From Nitrososphaerota archaeon (GTDB lineage Archaea > Thermoproteota > EX4484-205 > JAAOZP01): DNA of 64,000 nt. Below are positions 48,870-59,271 of the stretch, piece after piece. The notes under the pieces are model-generated. The model was not told where the DNA came from and did not search any database. It saw only the letters and a program-made list of their open reading frames with translations. Numbering within the stretch: the first letter of the stretch is position 1; each line of letters starts with the position of its first letter. The position numbers and the translations under genes were made by a program. The stretch covers positions 102,351 to 166,350 of the forward strand of contig JAAOZP010000009.1 of NCBI GenBank assembly GCA_011605725.1, given 5' to 3'.

Positions 48870-48964
48870 GGTCAACCCGAATAATATTGTCAACTGGCTG
48901 CTTAAACTTTTTTCTTAGGGAAAGCTTAATACCTCCTGTTTCTAGGGGGTGAGTGTGCTGGAAA

Positions 48965-49972
48965 ATGCTCACGGTAATTGTATCGGGCTTCTTCGGCGAT
49001 GAGGGAAAGGGGAAGATCGCTGCCTTTTTGGCGCTTAAGGAGCGTCCAAAGATAGCTGTCCGCACGGGCTCCGTTAACGCCGGGCATACTGTGGTATACC
49101 GTGGCGTAACTTACAAGCTTAGGCTAGTGCCATGTTCATTCATAGTTCCAGAGACGAGGCTTCTTATAGGTGCTGGTGCAAACATAGACCCTAAGGTTTT
49201 CTTAGGGGAGGTTGGTTTACTCGGTGTTAATGGAAGAGTTTTCATAGATGGTAATGCTTCAGTGATTGAGGAGAAGCATGTTGAGGCTGACAGGAGCAAC
49301 GGTTTCTTCCGGGAGTTCATAGGAACAACGGGTACAGGGGTTTCTCCAGCGCTGGTTGACAGGGTTGCTAGAAGAGCCATGCTTGTTAAAGATGTTCCGG
49401 CTTTAAAGGAATATGTTACAGACGTGGCTGAAGAAGTTAACTCCGCGTTAGACGAAGGGGAGAATGTTCATCTCGAGGGTACTCAAGGTTTCTACCTTAG
49501 CCTCTATCATGGAACATACCCGTATGTGACTGGAAGGGATACTACTGCAGCAGCGGTATGTAGCGAGTGCGGCGTGGGTCCGAAAAGAGTTGACGAGGTG
49601 CTTCTCGTTTTGAAGAGCTTCGTGACTAGAGTTGGAAACGGCCCTCTTGAAGGGGAGCTTTCACCAGAGGAAGCTGAAAGAAAGGGATTTGTTGAAAGGG
49701 GAACCGTAACAGGTAGGCTCAGGAGAGCTGCCCCGTTCAATTTTCAAATGGCTAGGCGCGCAGCCATTGTGAACAGCGCTACTCAAATAGCTGTTACAAA
49801 GCTGGATGTCTTGTTTCCGGAGTGTTCTCACGCCCGGAGGAGGGAGGAACTGTCGAACGAATGTTTACGCTTCCTGCGAAAGATCCAGGATGAAACAGGC
49901 GTCCCAGTGACTATAGCCAGCACCGGCGCTGAGACGGAGGACACTGTTTACATCGGTCCGGAAGGAGTGTAA
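48965..49972 (+). CDS. purA: adenylosuccinate synthetase (short archaeal form)
   Basis: GDEGKGK, NAGH, EGTQG, YPYVT, TRVG.GP, GTVTGR.RR and TKLD motifs. Confidence 0.96.
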   Translation: MLTVIVSGFFGDEGKGKIAAFLALKERPKIAVRTGSVNAGHTVVYRGVTYKLRLVPCSFIVPETRLLIGAGANIDPKVFLGEVGLLGVNGRVFIDGNASVIEEKHVEADRSNGFFREFIGTTGTGVSPALVDRVARRAMLVKDVPALKEYVTDVAEEVNSALDEGENVHLEGTQGFYLSLYHGTYPYVTGRDTTAAAVCSECGVGPKRVDEVLLVLKSFVTRVGNGPLEGELSPEEAERKGFVERGTVTGRLRRAAPFNFQMARRAAIVNSATQIAVTKLDVLFPECSHARRREELSNECLRFLRKIQDETGVPVTIASTGAETEDTVYIGPEGV

Positions 49973-50015
49973 CCCTAGTGGGAATGACAGATAGGGTTTT
50001 TCCTCGTACTTCAGC

Positions 50016-50744
50016 TTACTGCTGGTTTTGCATGACGCTTTGAAGCCTTACTACTAGCGGGCTGTCGGTGTCGCGCTGCCTATTGCCGCTACTGTTTATG
50101 GCCCTTAATAACTCTATGAAGTTACTTACTCTCTGCTGCGTAACTATTTCTGGAGACATCTTCTGCCTCAAGTTTTTTAGCCTTGCCATTATGGACTCTG
50201 TCTCTTTTATTTCCAGAAGAGTTATGTCTAGACTGGTCTCCAGCATTGTTTCAGCAGCCTTATAGCTTATCTCGTCCACTTCGCCTGTTGAAAGCTGAAC
50301 CTTGTTTATGGATCTAACCCTCATAAGCGTGTCCAATCTGTTTTTAAGCTCCTCCTGAATCCTGCTGAGCTCGGAAGACAATTCGGCAACCCTATTGCTG
50401 AGCTCATTCATATCCTTCAAATATGTTCCCTTAAGCTCGTCATATATGTTTGTAGGTATCTGGTGCTCATGCCTCAGGTTTTCAAGCGCCTCAAGCCTTC
50501 TCCTCGTTATCTCAACGCTTCTTATCAGGCTCTCAGCCTTTATTTTCCAGAAGTTTTTCAGCAAGACATAGTCTTTCCCAGTCTCCACAGCCTCCCCGTC
50601 GACCTTTATGAAGCCACCGTTATGCATCATTATGAAGAACTTTGAAGGCATGCCTCTGGGATCTATTTCGAAACCTACTAGGGTTCCTATTTCCCTATCG
50701 TAAACATCCTTAACGGGTAAGCCTAGAATCCTACTGTTATCCAT
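50016..50744 (-). CDS. cdvA: CdvA-like cell division protein
   Basis: N-terminal PRC barrel (G..VKD.Y.R..G), W...A coiled coil with RR..AL..L, GE.DE..Y and C-terminal PLVVRL tail. Confidence 0.8.
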   Translation of the reverse strand: MDNSRILGLPVKDVYDREIGTLVGFEIDPRGMPSKFFIMMHNGGFIKVDGEAVETGKDYVLLKNFWKIKAESLIRSVEITRRRLEALENLRHEHQIPTNIYDELKGTYLKDMNELSNRVAELSSELSRIQEELKNRLDTLMRVRSINKVQLSTGEVDEISYKAAETMLETSLDITLLEIKETESIMARLKNLRQKMSPEIVTQQRVSNFIELLRAINSSGNRQRDTDSPLVVRLQSVMQNQQ

Positions 50745-50842
50745 CGATAATTGATTGTTTATGACTGTTTATTTAATATAATTCTAAAAAGGCGTTGACA
50801 ATACGCCACAATATTTTTGACGTCTTAAAAGCATTAAAATTT

Positions 50843-53053
50843 TTACTCGCCGAATTCACTGAGACTTGTCTGAACACCCTCTTCCATAAGCCTCCTCTCC
50901 CATTCTTCACTATGTATCACTCCTCCCGCCTCCTTCTTAATGTTTAAAGCAAGTTTTTGGCCGATGCCAGGTATTCTGGAAAGCTCCGCAACGCTTGCAG
51001 AGGCTATGTCTGAAACCCTTTTGAAACCGTGGTTGTAAAGCCTTCTCGCCCTAACCCTTCCAACCCCCTCCAAGGATGATGCTAGCTCAACTAGCTCCGG
51101 CTTGACGCCGTACTTTATTCTTGCCTCAAGCTCGCTGAATCTCTTTACGGCGTCGAAATCCTTAATCAGCCTAGCTATTTCCTTCGCTGAGTAAGCCAGC
51201 CATTGAGCCGTCTCCTTACACGCGTAAAGATCTCCTGGTTCAACACCAAGCTTAAGATAGATATCGTCCTCACTATACTCGTTTATCCACATCCAGAGTG
51301 TCGCCACTGTCTTGTAGGTTTCCATCGGGTCAACGTCCCCTATATCTACGTAAAGCTCTCTTTCATGTCTGCCTACAAACTCTACCACGAAGCTTTCTGT
51401 GGACCCGGTTATGCTGAATTTCGGCCTCATGTCTGGGGATGCGCATATTAAGTTTAGACCGCTCACCTCGGTGAAGACGCAAGGCTTATTCTTTAAACCG
51501 TTGAGGAACATTATTCCAGTAGAGGGAGAGATATATAGCTCTGATATTCTCCTACCCAAGGGCGTTGCCTCAAGAAAACCATTTCTCTCAACGATAAGCT
51601 CATCCTCCATTAGAATCCTAAGCACTCGCTTCACACGAGTCGAAACCCCTTTCCCCTTCTGAACATGATAAAGAGTGTTTCGAAAAACTTCAACTATGCT
51701 CTTAACGTCTGGAGCTATCCTGCTAGCTATGCATGCAAGTATTGCTGTCGAGAAGTATGTTCCTAGACCTAGCTTGGAGGTTATTTTTTCAGCGGTTGAG
51801 TCAACATATCTGGCAATAAGATAGTCGACATCATTCTCGTTCCTGGAGTAAATCACTGCTTCACCATACTTATCGTATTTCGGTCTTCCCGCTCTGCCCG
51901 CCATCTGCTTATACTCCATAACGGTTATCATGTTGCTGACATGTGTTTCAGGATCAAACCTGTTTACTGAAGTTATGCAAACAACTCTTGCAGGAAGATT
52001 AACGCCTGCTGCAAGCGTGGGGGTTGCTGTTATGACTTTCAACAGCCTTTCCTTGAAAGCCTTCTCAATCGTTCTACGCTGGAATGTGGTTAACCCTGCA
52101 TGGTGGAACGCAACTCCTTTTTCAACGACGCTTGCCAAATCTTCTCCAATTATGGTTGACTCGCTGTTCTCCCTTATTTCTGCAGCTAGTTCTCGAAGCC
52201 TTTCTCTTTCCCTTTCGGAGAGGTAAAGGTAAGATATTGAGGAGAGTTTCCTCGCCAAGTATACTGTCTTCTTCCTTGTTTCGACAAAGAAGAGAGCCTG
52301 TCCTCCCTCTTTCAAAGAATAGGCTAGCAATACGTGTAAAGGCTCGTCGAAATTCCCTTCTAAATCAACAATATCACCATCGTTGAAAATAATTTTCGAG
52401 TCATAGAAAACTCCTTCTCTCAGTCTGACAGGTCTCCAATCTGAGACTACACACTTAGCATTAAGCCATTTAGCAACCTCATCGGCGTTAGAGACTGTCG
52501 CGCTTAAAGCTATGAGTTGTGCTTTAGGAAGAATCCTTCTCGTAAAAGATACTAGGGTTTCTATTCCTGGTCCACGGTCTTCAGAGTCAACATAATGGAT
52601 CTCGTCGAACACTATGAGGTTTACTTCTTCAATCCATCTGGGTCTATGCCTGATTATGGAATCAAACTTTTCGTAAGTTGCAATGATCACATCGTAATCT
52701 GCAAGTTCCTCCGCCTTTGAATCATAGTCTCCCGTCGCTAGGGCTATCCTAATATTTCCTTTCAAGCCACTAATTTTCCGGAGAATGCTGAAATCAACGT
52801 ATTTCTCCCAAGCGATTGCCCTTAGCGGTACGAGGTATACTGTTTTACCACCTTCGTTTTCAAGCTTGTGTATTGCAGCAAGCTGAGCCACCAGCGTTTT
52901 GCCGGAGGCTGTGGGCACTGCCAGCAGGAGGTTTTCTCCTTTAAACAGGCCTGCTTTGACAGCTTGTTCTTGCGGGGGATAAAGAGTTTTAAAACCCGCT
53001 TTGAGAAGCTCATCCTTAGCCTCCCTGCTTAGTGGCAGCTCTGTAAGTTCCAT
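50843..53053 (-). CDS. hel308: Ski2-like DNA helicase Hel308/Hjm
   Basis: LYPPQ, PTASGKT, DEIH, LSAT, FHHAGL, TPTLAAGVNLPA, QMAGRAGRP and HhH tail. Confidence 0.96.
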   Translation of the reverse strand: MELTELPLSREAKDELLKAGFKTLYPPQEQAVKAGLFKGENLLLAVPTASGKTLVAQLAAIHKLENEGGKTVYLVPLRAIAWEKYVDFSILRKISGLKGNIRIALATGDYDSKAEELADYDVIIATYEKFDSIIRHRPRWIEEVNLIVFDEIHYVDSEDRGPGIETLVSFTRRILPKAQLIALSATVSNADEVAKWLNAKCVVSDWRPVRLREGVFYDSKIIFNDGDIVDLEGNFDEPLHVLLAYSLKEGGQALFFVETRKKTVYLARKLSSISYLYLSERERERLRELAAEIRENSESTIIGEDLASVVEKGVAFHHAGLTTFQRRTIEKAFKERLLKVITATPTLAAGVNLPARVVCITSVNRFDPETHVSNMITVMEYKQMAGRAGRPKYDKYGEAVIYSRNENDVDYLIARYVDSTAEKITSKLGLGTYFSTAILACIASRIAPDVKSIVEVFRNTLYHVQKGKGVSTRVKRVLRILMEDELIVERNGFLEATPLGRRISELYISPSTGIMFLNGLKNKPCVFTEVSGLNLICASPDMRPKFSITGSTESFVVEFVGRHERELYVDIGDVDPMETYKTVATLWMWINEYSEDDIYLKLGVEPGDLYACKETAQWLAYSAKEIARLIKDFDAVKRFSELEARIKYGVKPELVELASSLEGVGRVRARRLYNHGFKRVSDIASASVAELSRIPGIGQKLALNIKKEAGGVIHSEEWERRLMEEGVQTSLSEFGE

Positions 53054-53054
53054 T

Positions 53055-55115
53055 TCAACGCTTTATTCTCCTAACAGTATCCTCATCCGGAAACATAATC
53101 ACTCCTTGTTCCCTCATCTGCTCTATAAGCTTGTAGAACTCGTCGGGCTCTATCTTCTTGTCTACACATCTTTTTCTGAGTTCACTTAATGATGCCTTCC
53201 CTAGCTCGGCTTCAAGGTTCTCTATCTCCTTAAGAATTATCCGCATCTTCTCCCATCTGCTCCTCGACCTGCCGGTCATAAGGATGTCTATATCTATTTT
53301 TCCTGAGGAAACATCTAGGCCAGCTGTGCTTAAACTATAGTTCATCAGTCTTATTGCCGCCTCAGCATCCTCCACGGTGACTTCTTCTCTCAACAATACT
53401 CTGGCTCTTGCAACGCTAAGCCTTATCAACGACTCTAGATGCCTCGGGGTTATGGGTATTGGTGCATTCGCCTCCTGGCTACTGCTTCTTAACTGTAAGA
53501 AAAAGTTTTTGATTCTTTCAGTGGCCTCAGCCGACAGCTTCGGGGTTATTTTCTTACAATAGGCTAAGTATTTTCTCAACATGCTTGGAGGTATCGTCTG
53601 GTCACCGTAATCATAGGTCTCCATGTGAAGCTGCAAAATATGGTCTGAAAGCTTAGCATCTCTCTCCTTATCTGGCCTATCCTTTATTATAAAGTAGAGG
53701 TCAAACCTCGAAAGCAGTGTCGAGGGAAGGTCAACATTCTCGCTGAAATTAAGACTGTCGTCATACCTGCCGTACACCGGGTTCGCCGCTGCAAGTATTG
53801 CTGTCCTCGCATTCAGGGTCGCTACTATTCCTCCCTTAGCTACACTTACTGTTTGCTGCTCCATTGCCTCGTGTATTGCAACCCTGTCCTCCGCCTTCAT
53901 CTTTTCAAACTCATCTATCGCCGCTATCCCTTTGTCGGCTAGCACAACAGCTCCTGCCTCAAGTGTGAAGCTTCCAGTCTTATCTCTAACAACTGCGGCT
54001 GTTAACCCTGCTGCTGTAACACCTCTGCCTGAAGTATACAGACCTCTTGGAGCTATTCTCTGAACGTATTTGAGAAGCTGACTTTTAGCGGTACCCGGGT
54101 CTCCTATGAGAAGCAGGTTTATATCTCCTCTTACGGTCACACCGTCAGGATAAGTTCTCCTAACCCCGCCCACCATCTGAAGAAGAATAGCCTCCTTCAC
54201 TTCCTCTAAACCATAGATCGAGGGCGCTATAGAACGTATCAGCTTCTGGTATATCCATGGGTCCTTACTCATCTCTCTAATCTTCCTCTCTTCCTCTGGG
54301 CTTACCGTAACCTCCCCGAGCTCTTGGGTTAAGGCTTCAATATAGTTGACTTCAACATTTAAAGTGAAAGTACTATACTGAAGATTCTTCACCGGGTGTC
54401 TATCAGGCATAGCTACCACGATACCAGTTATTTGAACTCTGTCGCCTGGCCTAACCCTATCCGTTAAATCTCCAGTCAACCTTAGGCTTATGCTGTGAGG
54501 CATGACTCCGGCTGGAAGGTCCTCAGGCTTCTCCTGTACTCTTATCTCTTGATAATCTATAAACTTGGACTGTTCTTGAAGCAACTCGAAGTTTGCAAGC
54601 CTGCTTGTTCCGCATACTTCGCAGCGAGGGGCCTTCAATATTGTTCCTGTCTGAGGCTCCTCGTAAACCCTGTTACATGTTTTACACCGGAAAACACCTT
54701 TAGACAGTATGCTTTTTATCTCGGATATTCTCACTACAACTCCTTCGAAGCAAACCAGCCTACCGAGTAGACTTGACTTTATATCCCTTATCGAAATCTT
54801 TTTACCTAGTCCCCTTATTCTAACTGAGACCTCCTGTATTTTAGAAGCATAATCCTTGTCTAGGCTACTTAGAATAGAGAGGGCTACCTTATTCATTTCC
54901 CTAAGGATAGATGGGTTTTCAACAAGTTCTTCAACCATTTCTCTGCTATAGGAGAGCATGTCTTGAAAATCTATGACTACAGAGGTCCCCCCTAGAGAAG
55001 GTAGGGAGGCTATTTGCTCATAATACTTTCTCTCGCCGTTTTCATCCCTAAAGTTGCGAATAAAATCTAGAAAGATGCTTTCAACAGGTATCTTGGCTTT
55101 AATCTCGCTACCCAT
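53055..55115 (-). CDS. mcm: replicative helicase MCM
   Basis: C4 Zn finger, GDPGTAKSQ, IDEFEKM, AAANP, LLSRFDL and C-terminal wHTH. Confidence 0.98.
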   Translation of the reverse strand: MGSEIKAKIPVESIFLDFIRNFRDENGERKYYEQIASLPSLGGTSVVIDFQDMLSYSREMVEELVENPSILREMNKVALSILSSLDKDYASKIQEVSVRIRGLGKKISIRDIKSSLLGRLVCFEGVVVRISEIKSILSKGVFRCKTCNRVYEEPQTGTILKAPRCEVCGTSRLANFELLQEQSKFIDYQEIRVQEKPEDLPAGVMPHSISLRLTGDLTDRVRPGDRVQITGIVVAMPDRHPVKNLQYSTFTLNVEVNYIEALTQELGEVTVSPEEERKIREMSKDPWIYQKLIRSIAPSIYGLEEVKEAILLQMVGGVRRTYPDGVTVRGDINLLLIGDPGTAKSQLLKYVQRIAPRGLYTSGRGVTAAGLTAAVVRDKTGSFTLEAGAVVLADKGIAAIDEFEKMKAEDRVAIHEAMEQQTVSVAKGGIVATLNARTAILAAANPVYGRYDDSLNFSENVDLPSTLLSRFDLYFIIKDRPDKERDAKLSDHILQLHMETYDYGDQTIPPSMLRKYLAYCKKITPKLSAEATERIKNFFLQLRSSSQEANAPIPITPRHLESLIRLSVARARVLLREEVTVEDAEAAIRLMNYSLSTAGLDVSSGKIDIDILMTGRSRSRWEKMRIILKEIENLEAELGKASLSELRKRCVDKKIEPDEFYKLIEQMREQGVIMFPDEDTVRRIKR

Positions 55116-55641
55116 CCGTATACATTAACCCCCGTCGCCACCCGTTTAAAGCTTCCTTTAAAAGATTATATAGGAACTTTTCCTCAGGCTGAAGCTTTTC
55201 AAGAATACCTGTAGGCGGGTCCTTTAAAAACACCAGTTTAAGTATCTTTCTAACCCTTATATCTATGATCTCTTGAAGATCGTTTTGAATCATGTTTTTC
55301 TTATCATCCTTATGCGTCTGCGCCAGCTTAGCTGCTTTTATGTAAAAGTAATCAGGCAGCTTGATGAGTCCTTCTTCAGAAGCTTCGAGCCACCTCATCG
55401 CTGCTACGTCTTTCAGCGTTATAGGCTCCTCCCCCAGTCTAACTAAGCCTGAATCCGCCAACCGGCTTGCTATTCCTCTTGAAACCCTCATGGCTTTCCC
55501 CTTTTCAATAGTTAGTTCTCCAAATCCCGGTAGTTTCAGACTCTTAGAATCGACTTGGGGGATTGCTACGGTCTCCTCCAGTTCATACTCTAGCCTTATT
55601 CTCTTCAGCTCGTTGCTTATTACCCATTCTAGCAACTCCAT
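55108..55641 (-). CDS. gins23: GINS subunit Gins23
   Basis: Beta B-domain followed by helical A-domain (KLP.YFY, R.RKI, L.PEEK.LY); directly upstream of mcm. Confidence 0.85.
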   Translation of the reverse strand: MELLEWVISNELKRIRLEYELEETVAIPQVDSKSLKLPGFGELTIEKGKAMRVSRGIASRLADSGLVRLGEEPITLKDVAAMRWLEASEEGLIKLPDYFYIKAAKLAQTHKDDKKNMIQNDLQEIIDIRVRKILKLVFLKDPPTGILEKLQPEEKFLYNLLKEALNGWRRGLMYTDG

Positions 55642-55716
55642 ACCTGCGCTAGTCAAACCCTGTTTAAACGTGTAAGCGAAACATTTAACTTTAAACAACC
55701 ACTATTTCCGCTACCA

Positions 55717-56679
55717 ATGAGCGTAGCTGACCTTCTATGGGTGGAGAAGTACAGACCTAGGTCTCTCGATGAAATAATCGATAGGGAGGAGGTTGTGAGC
55801 AGGCTGAAATCGTTCATCAAAATAGGCAATGTTCCTAACATGCTTTTCGTAGGTCCTCCTGGTACTGGTAAGACAACTGCAGCACTAGCCCTAGTAAACG
55901 ACCTGTATCAGGGTTCTGCTTCTGGAAGGTTCTTGGAGCTTAACGCTTCAGACGAGAGAGGTATAAACACGATAAGGGAGGTGGTCAAGGATTTCGCGAG
56001 GAGCCGTCCTTCAACAGGAGTTCCCTTCAAAATACTTATACTTGATGAAAGCGACAACATGACTCAGGATGCTCAACAGGCTCTTAGAAGGATAATGGAG
56101 AGATATGCTTCTGTAACGAGGTTTATCCTCCTAGCGAATTATCAATGGGGAATAATTGAGCCTATTCAATCTAGATGTGCAGTCTTCCGGTTTCCACCTT
56201 TAAGCCCTACACATATAAGGGAGGGGTTGATAAGGGTGCTTGAAAAAGAAGGAGTCTCCTGGTCTGAAGAAGCTTTGGAGGAAATAATTAAGGCCTCAAG
56301 AGGAGATATGAGGAAAGCGATAAACATTGCTCAATCGGCATCAGGCGGTTCTAGAAAGCTTACTAAGGAGAGCGTCCTGCAGGTTGTTGGTGTCCTTCAT
56401 CCTAGAGAAATAAGGGAAATGATTACCGATGCGTTGAAGGGAGATTTTATTTCTGCGAGGAAGAGGCTAGCTAAGCTTCTTTACGATGACGGTTTATCGG
56501 CAAACGACATTCTTAGAGAAATGAATAATGAGCTAATGTCTATTGAGATGGATGAGATGAAAAGGCTTCAGGTTGTTAATGCCCTGGGAGAAGCCAATTT
56601 CAGGGTGTCGATGGGCGGTGATGCTGAGATCCAGATAAGCACGGTGTTAGCTGCTCTAGTGACTGACCTCCAAAAATGA
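55717..56679 (+). CDS. rfcS: replication factor C small subunit
   Basis: WVEKYRP, GPPGTGKT, ELNASDERG, LDE.D and SRC motifs. Confidence 0.97.
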   Translation: MSVADLLWVEKYRPRSLDEIIDREEVVSRLKSFIKIGNVPNMLFVGPPGTGKTTAALALVNDLYQGSASGRFLELNASDERGINTIREVVKDFARSRPSTGVPFKILILDESDNMTQDAQQALRRIMERYASVTRFILLANYQWGIIEPIQSRCAVFRFPPLSPTHIREGLIRVLEKEGVSWSEEALEEIIKASRGDMRKAINIAQSASGGSRKLTKESVLQVVGVLHPREIREMITDALKGDFISARKRLAKLLYDDGLSANDILREMNNELMSIEMDEMKRLQVVNALGEANFRVSMGGDAEIQISTVLAALVTDLQK

Positions 56680-57908
56680 GCGGTTCAAAGCTAAACTGGG
56701 TGGAGAAATATAGACCGAAGACTTTAGACGAGATAGTCGGCAACGACGCGGCTAAGAAGGATTTTCTCGACTGGCTTCAAAAATGGGACGAGCGTGGCAA
56801 GGCTGCTCTGCTCCACGGTCCATCCGGCGTAGGGAAAACCGTTCTCGTCGAGGTTGCGGCCTCAACATTAGGCTATAGGCTAATAGAGACAAATGCAAGC
56901 GATACTAGGAAGGAGGACTACTTGGAGAATGTAATTAAGCCCGCTGCCTTTAACAGAAGCTTGTTCAGCAGTAGATTGATGATTTTTTTCGACGAGGTAG
57001 ACGGTATTTCAAGAGAGGATTCAGGAGCATTAAATTTCATTCTCGAGTTAATCGAGTCCTCCAGAGTTCCAATTGTCATGGCGGCGAATGATCCCTGGTC
57101 TCCAAATCTTTTTAGAATAAGAGATAAGGTGTACATGATTCCAATGCATCGGATAAGGGCACCAAGCATCGTTAAAAGACTTAGGGATATTTGTAGAAAC
57201 GAGGGAGTTAAGTGTAGGCAGGAGGTTCTCATGCTGATTGCAGAACGCTCGGAAGGAGATATGAGGGCTGCGATAGAAGACCTGGAGCTTCTCTACTCTT
57301 CTCACGAAGACGTAGATCTTGAAGAGGCGGAGAAAATACTGTCTTACAGAAACGTTGAGAGAAACGTATTTGAAACACTCAGGATGGCTGTTTTCGCCTC
57401 AACTCTGGAGAATGCTTCAACATCCTTATCCTCGTCAGAGGAAAAGCCTGAAGATATGCTTGAATGGGTTTTTGAAAACATTCCTCATGTTTCACCAAGA
57501 CAATCGCTATACTCGGCCTTGAGATATGTTGCTGAAGCCGATGTTATTCTTAAACAAATATCAAAAAACTCTTTGTGGAGAATTCTGCCATGCTTCTACC
57601 ATAAGCTGGCCAGTGCTTTCCTAATTATTCCCCAAAAGGGCAAAGCTAGCTTTTCGTTTCCAAACAGGATTAGGGAGAGGTTTAAAAGGTTTCAGCATGA
57701 AAAAAACCTCAGGGACCTCGAATCATTTTTCATGAAGGAGCTTCACACAGGCAGGTCTGCATTCAGAAGAGATTTCATCCCGCTTTTTCGAGTCCTCTCT
57801 AAGAGCGATGATTTCAGAAGGAGTCTGCTTAACAGGTTGATTGACCAGCATTTGAAAGAGCTATACGGCTCGGTTATTCTCGGAGAGGCTCGTAAGAGGT
57901 TTTCCTAG
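56676..57908 (+). CDS. rfcL: replication factor C large subunit
   Basis: WVEKYRP, GPSGVGKT, NASD.R, DEVDG, GD.R.AI.DL and W..EN motifs. Confidence 0.93.
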   Translation: MSGSKLNWVEKYRPKTLDEIVGNDAAKKDFLDWLQKWDERGKAALLHGPSGVGKTVLVEVAASTLGYRLIETNASDTRKEDYLENVIKPAAFNRSLFSSRLMIFFDEVDGISREDSGALNFILELIESSRVPIVMAANDPWSPNLFRIRDKVYMIPMHRIRAPSIVKRLRDICRNEGVKCRQEVLMLIAERSEGDMRAAIEDLELLYSSHEDVDLEEAEKILSYRNVERNVFETLRMAVFASTLENASTSLSSSEEKPEDMLEWVFENIPHVSPRQSLYSALRYVAEADVILKQISKNSLWRILPCFYHKLASAFLIIPQKGKASFSFPNRIRERFKRFQHEKNLRDLESFFMKELHTGRSAFRRDFIPLFRVLSKSDDFRRSLLNRLIDQHLKELYGSVILGEARKRFS

Positions 57909-58167
57909 TCAGGTTTAACAGTAAACGTATATTCGGATTCTCTTGATTTATCACGTATATTCTGATTCTCCCAAAAGATTTTTCCTTTACCAGCCCCATT
58001 TGAACCATCTTGCCAATCCTCTTCTTTACCACATTATGATTCAAATTAGTCTGTCTTATTATTTCAGAAAGACTCATCTCTTCATTTCTTAATAGTCTCC
58101 AGAATATTCTTGACCCGCTTACAGAGCTCGATACCTCCTCCAGTATGCTTATAATTTCGTCACCCAG
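57874..58167 (-). CDS. winged-HTH protein downstream of cdc6, probable CTG start
   Basis: SEI.R.T.LNH......L...GLV.EK.FGRIRIY motif. The frame is open back to CTG 58167, which is preceded by GGAGTGA. Confidence 0.75.
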   Translation of the reverse strand: MGDEIISILEEVSSSVSGSRIFWRLLRNEEMSLSEIIRQTNLNHNVVKKRIGKMVQMGLVKEKSFGRIRIYVINQENPNIRLLLNLTRKTSYEPLRE

Positions 58168-59156
58168 TTTAAATCACTCCCCCATATTATGCCTGTTCTT
58201 CCACTGCTAAAGCTCGCGACTTTAAAATCTAAAAGCATCTTGTTTTTAAGCATTCTCACTTTTTTCCAAAGCTGCGTGTATCCTAAGGGCTTAACACCGT
58301 TCTCCTTAGCCAGGCTCCTGTATTTTTCAAAAAGTTTTTTAAAACGTATAGTGGGAGTGCCTTCTGAAACTATCTCTAAAATCATCTTCTCATGGATATC
58401 GTTAAGATTCGCATTCACGTATCCCAATGGGTTGTCAGCCAGTTTTTTCAAAACCTTGAAAACATGTTTTTCGTCAACATGCTTATCCTCAGAGATGTTT
58501 AAAGAGGCTTTCAAAATCTCTATGGCGAGTCGAGCATCTCCTTTAAAACCGGCTATCCTGCTTATCATGTTCAAAGCCTGCTCGTCCACGGAAAAACCCT
58601 CGTGCTTGTTGAGAAAATCCTTAAGCATAATGCGGATCTCATGGAAAGTATATGGCTTAAAATGTATCATGTAAACAGGCGGGGGAATCATGGTGATATC
58701 AAGCGGATTGCTGTCTGACCTGAATATCAAGAGTATGAAAAAGCTTCTTCGGGGAAACACCTCACTGATCCTTAAAACCCTAGAAACATGCTTATCTGCA
58801 GACGAAAAAGCTTCAACGTTGTCAACCACGATAAGAAACTTGTTTCTTAGAAGGCTGAATATTTCCAGTCCAGAGTATCCTCTTAAACCACATGCATTTT
58901 GAAGCAAACTGAATAGTCCCCCGTGTCCAGCGGTTCCGGGGTCAAGGTAGATCTGCTCAAGATTTTTCCAAGCATATTTGGCGTCTTCCATAAGCTTCCT
59001 TGCAACAGTTGTTTTCCCTGTACCCGGTTTTCCCCATACTACTACTATTATTGTTAATGGTTCCTCACTTTCCATGAACATTCCCAGAAGCATCCATATC
59101 TTTTCATACTCCTCTCTCCTCAGCTGAGCCACCTCTCTTGCTAAATCGCTTTCCAA
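58149..59156 (-). CDS. cdc6: divergent Cdc6/Orc1-family protein
   Basis: GKPGTGKT, atypical Walker B VVDNVE, F.PYT..E, GDAR.AI and C-terminal wHTH (YTQLW...GRT). Confidence 0.8.
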   Translation of the reverse strand: MESDLAREVAQLRREEYEKIWMLLGMFMESEEPLTIIVVVWGKPGTGKTTVARKLMEDAKYAWKNLEQIYLDPGTAGHGGLFSLLQNACGLRGYSGLEIFSLLRNKFLIVVDNVEAFSSADKHVSRVLRISEVFPRRSFFILLIFRSDSNPLDITMIPPPVYMIHFKPYTFHEIRIMLKDFLNKHEGFSVDEQALNMISRIAGFKGDARLAIEILKASLNISEDKHVDEKHVFKVLKKLADNPLGYVNANLNDIHEKMILEIVSEGTPTIRFKKLFEKYRSLAKENGVKPLGYTQLWKKVRMLKNKMLLDFKVASFSSGRTGIIWGSDLNWVTKL

Positions 59157-59271
59157 GGCTAAGGCCTTGTCATGCTATACTGCTTATTTTGGGTTACGAA
59201 CGTAAATTGGTGAGAGGGAGAGTAGGGTGAATAAGTAATGTTTTTAAGGAACCTCAGAGAGCCTGATAGTA

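Noticed and set aside
53055-56679. Inteins in MCM or RFC-S
   Set aside because: Lengths are normal and the P-loop motifs are uninterrupted.
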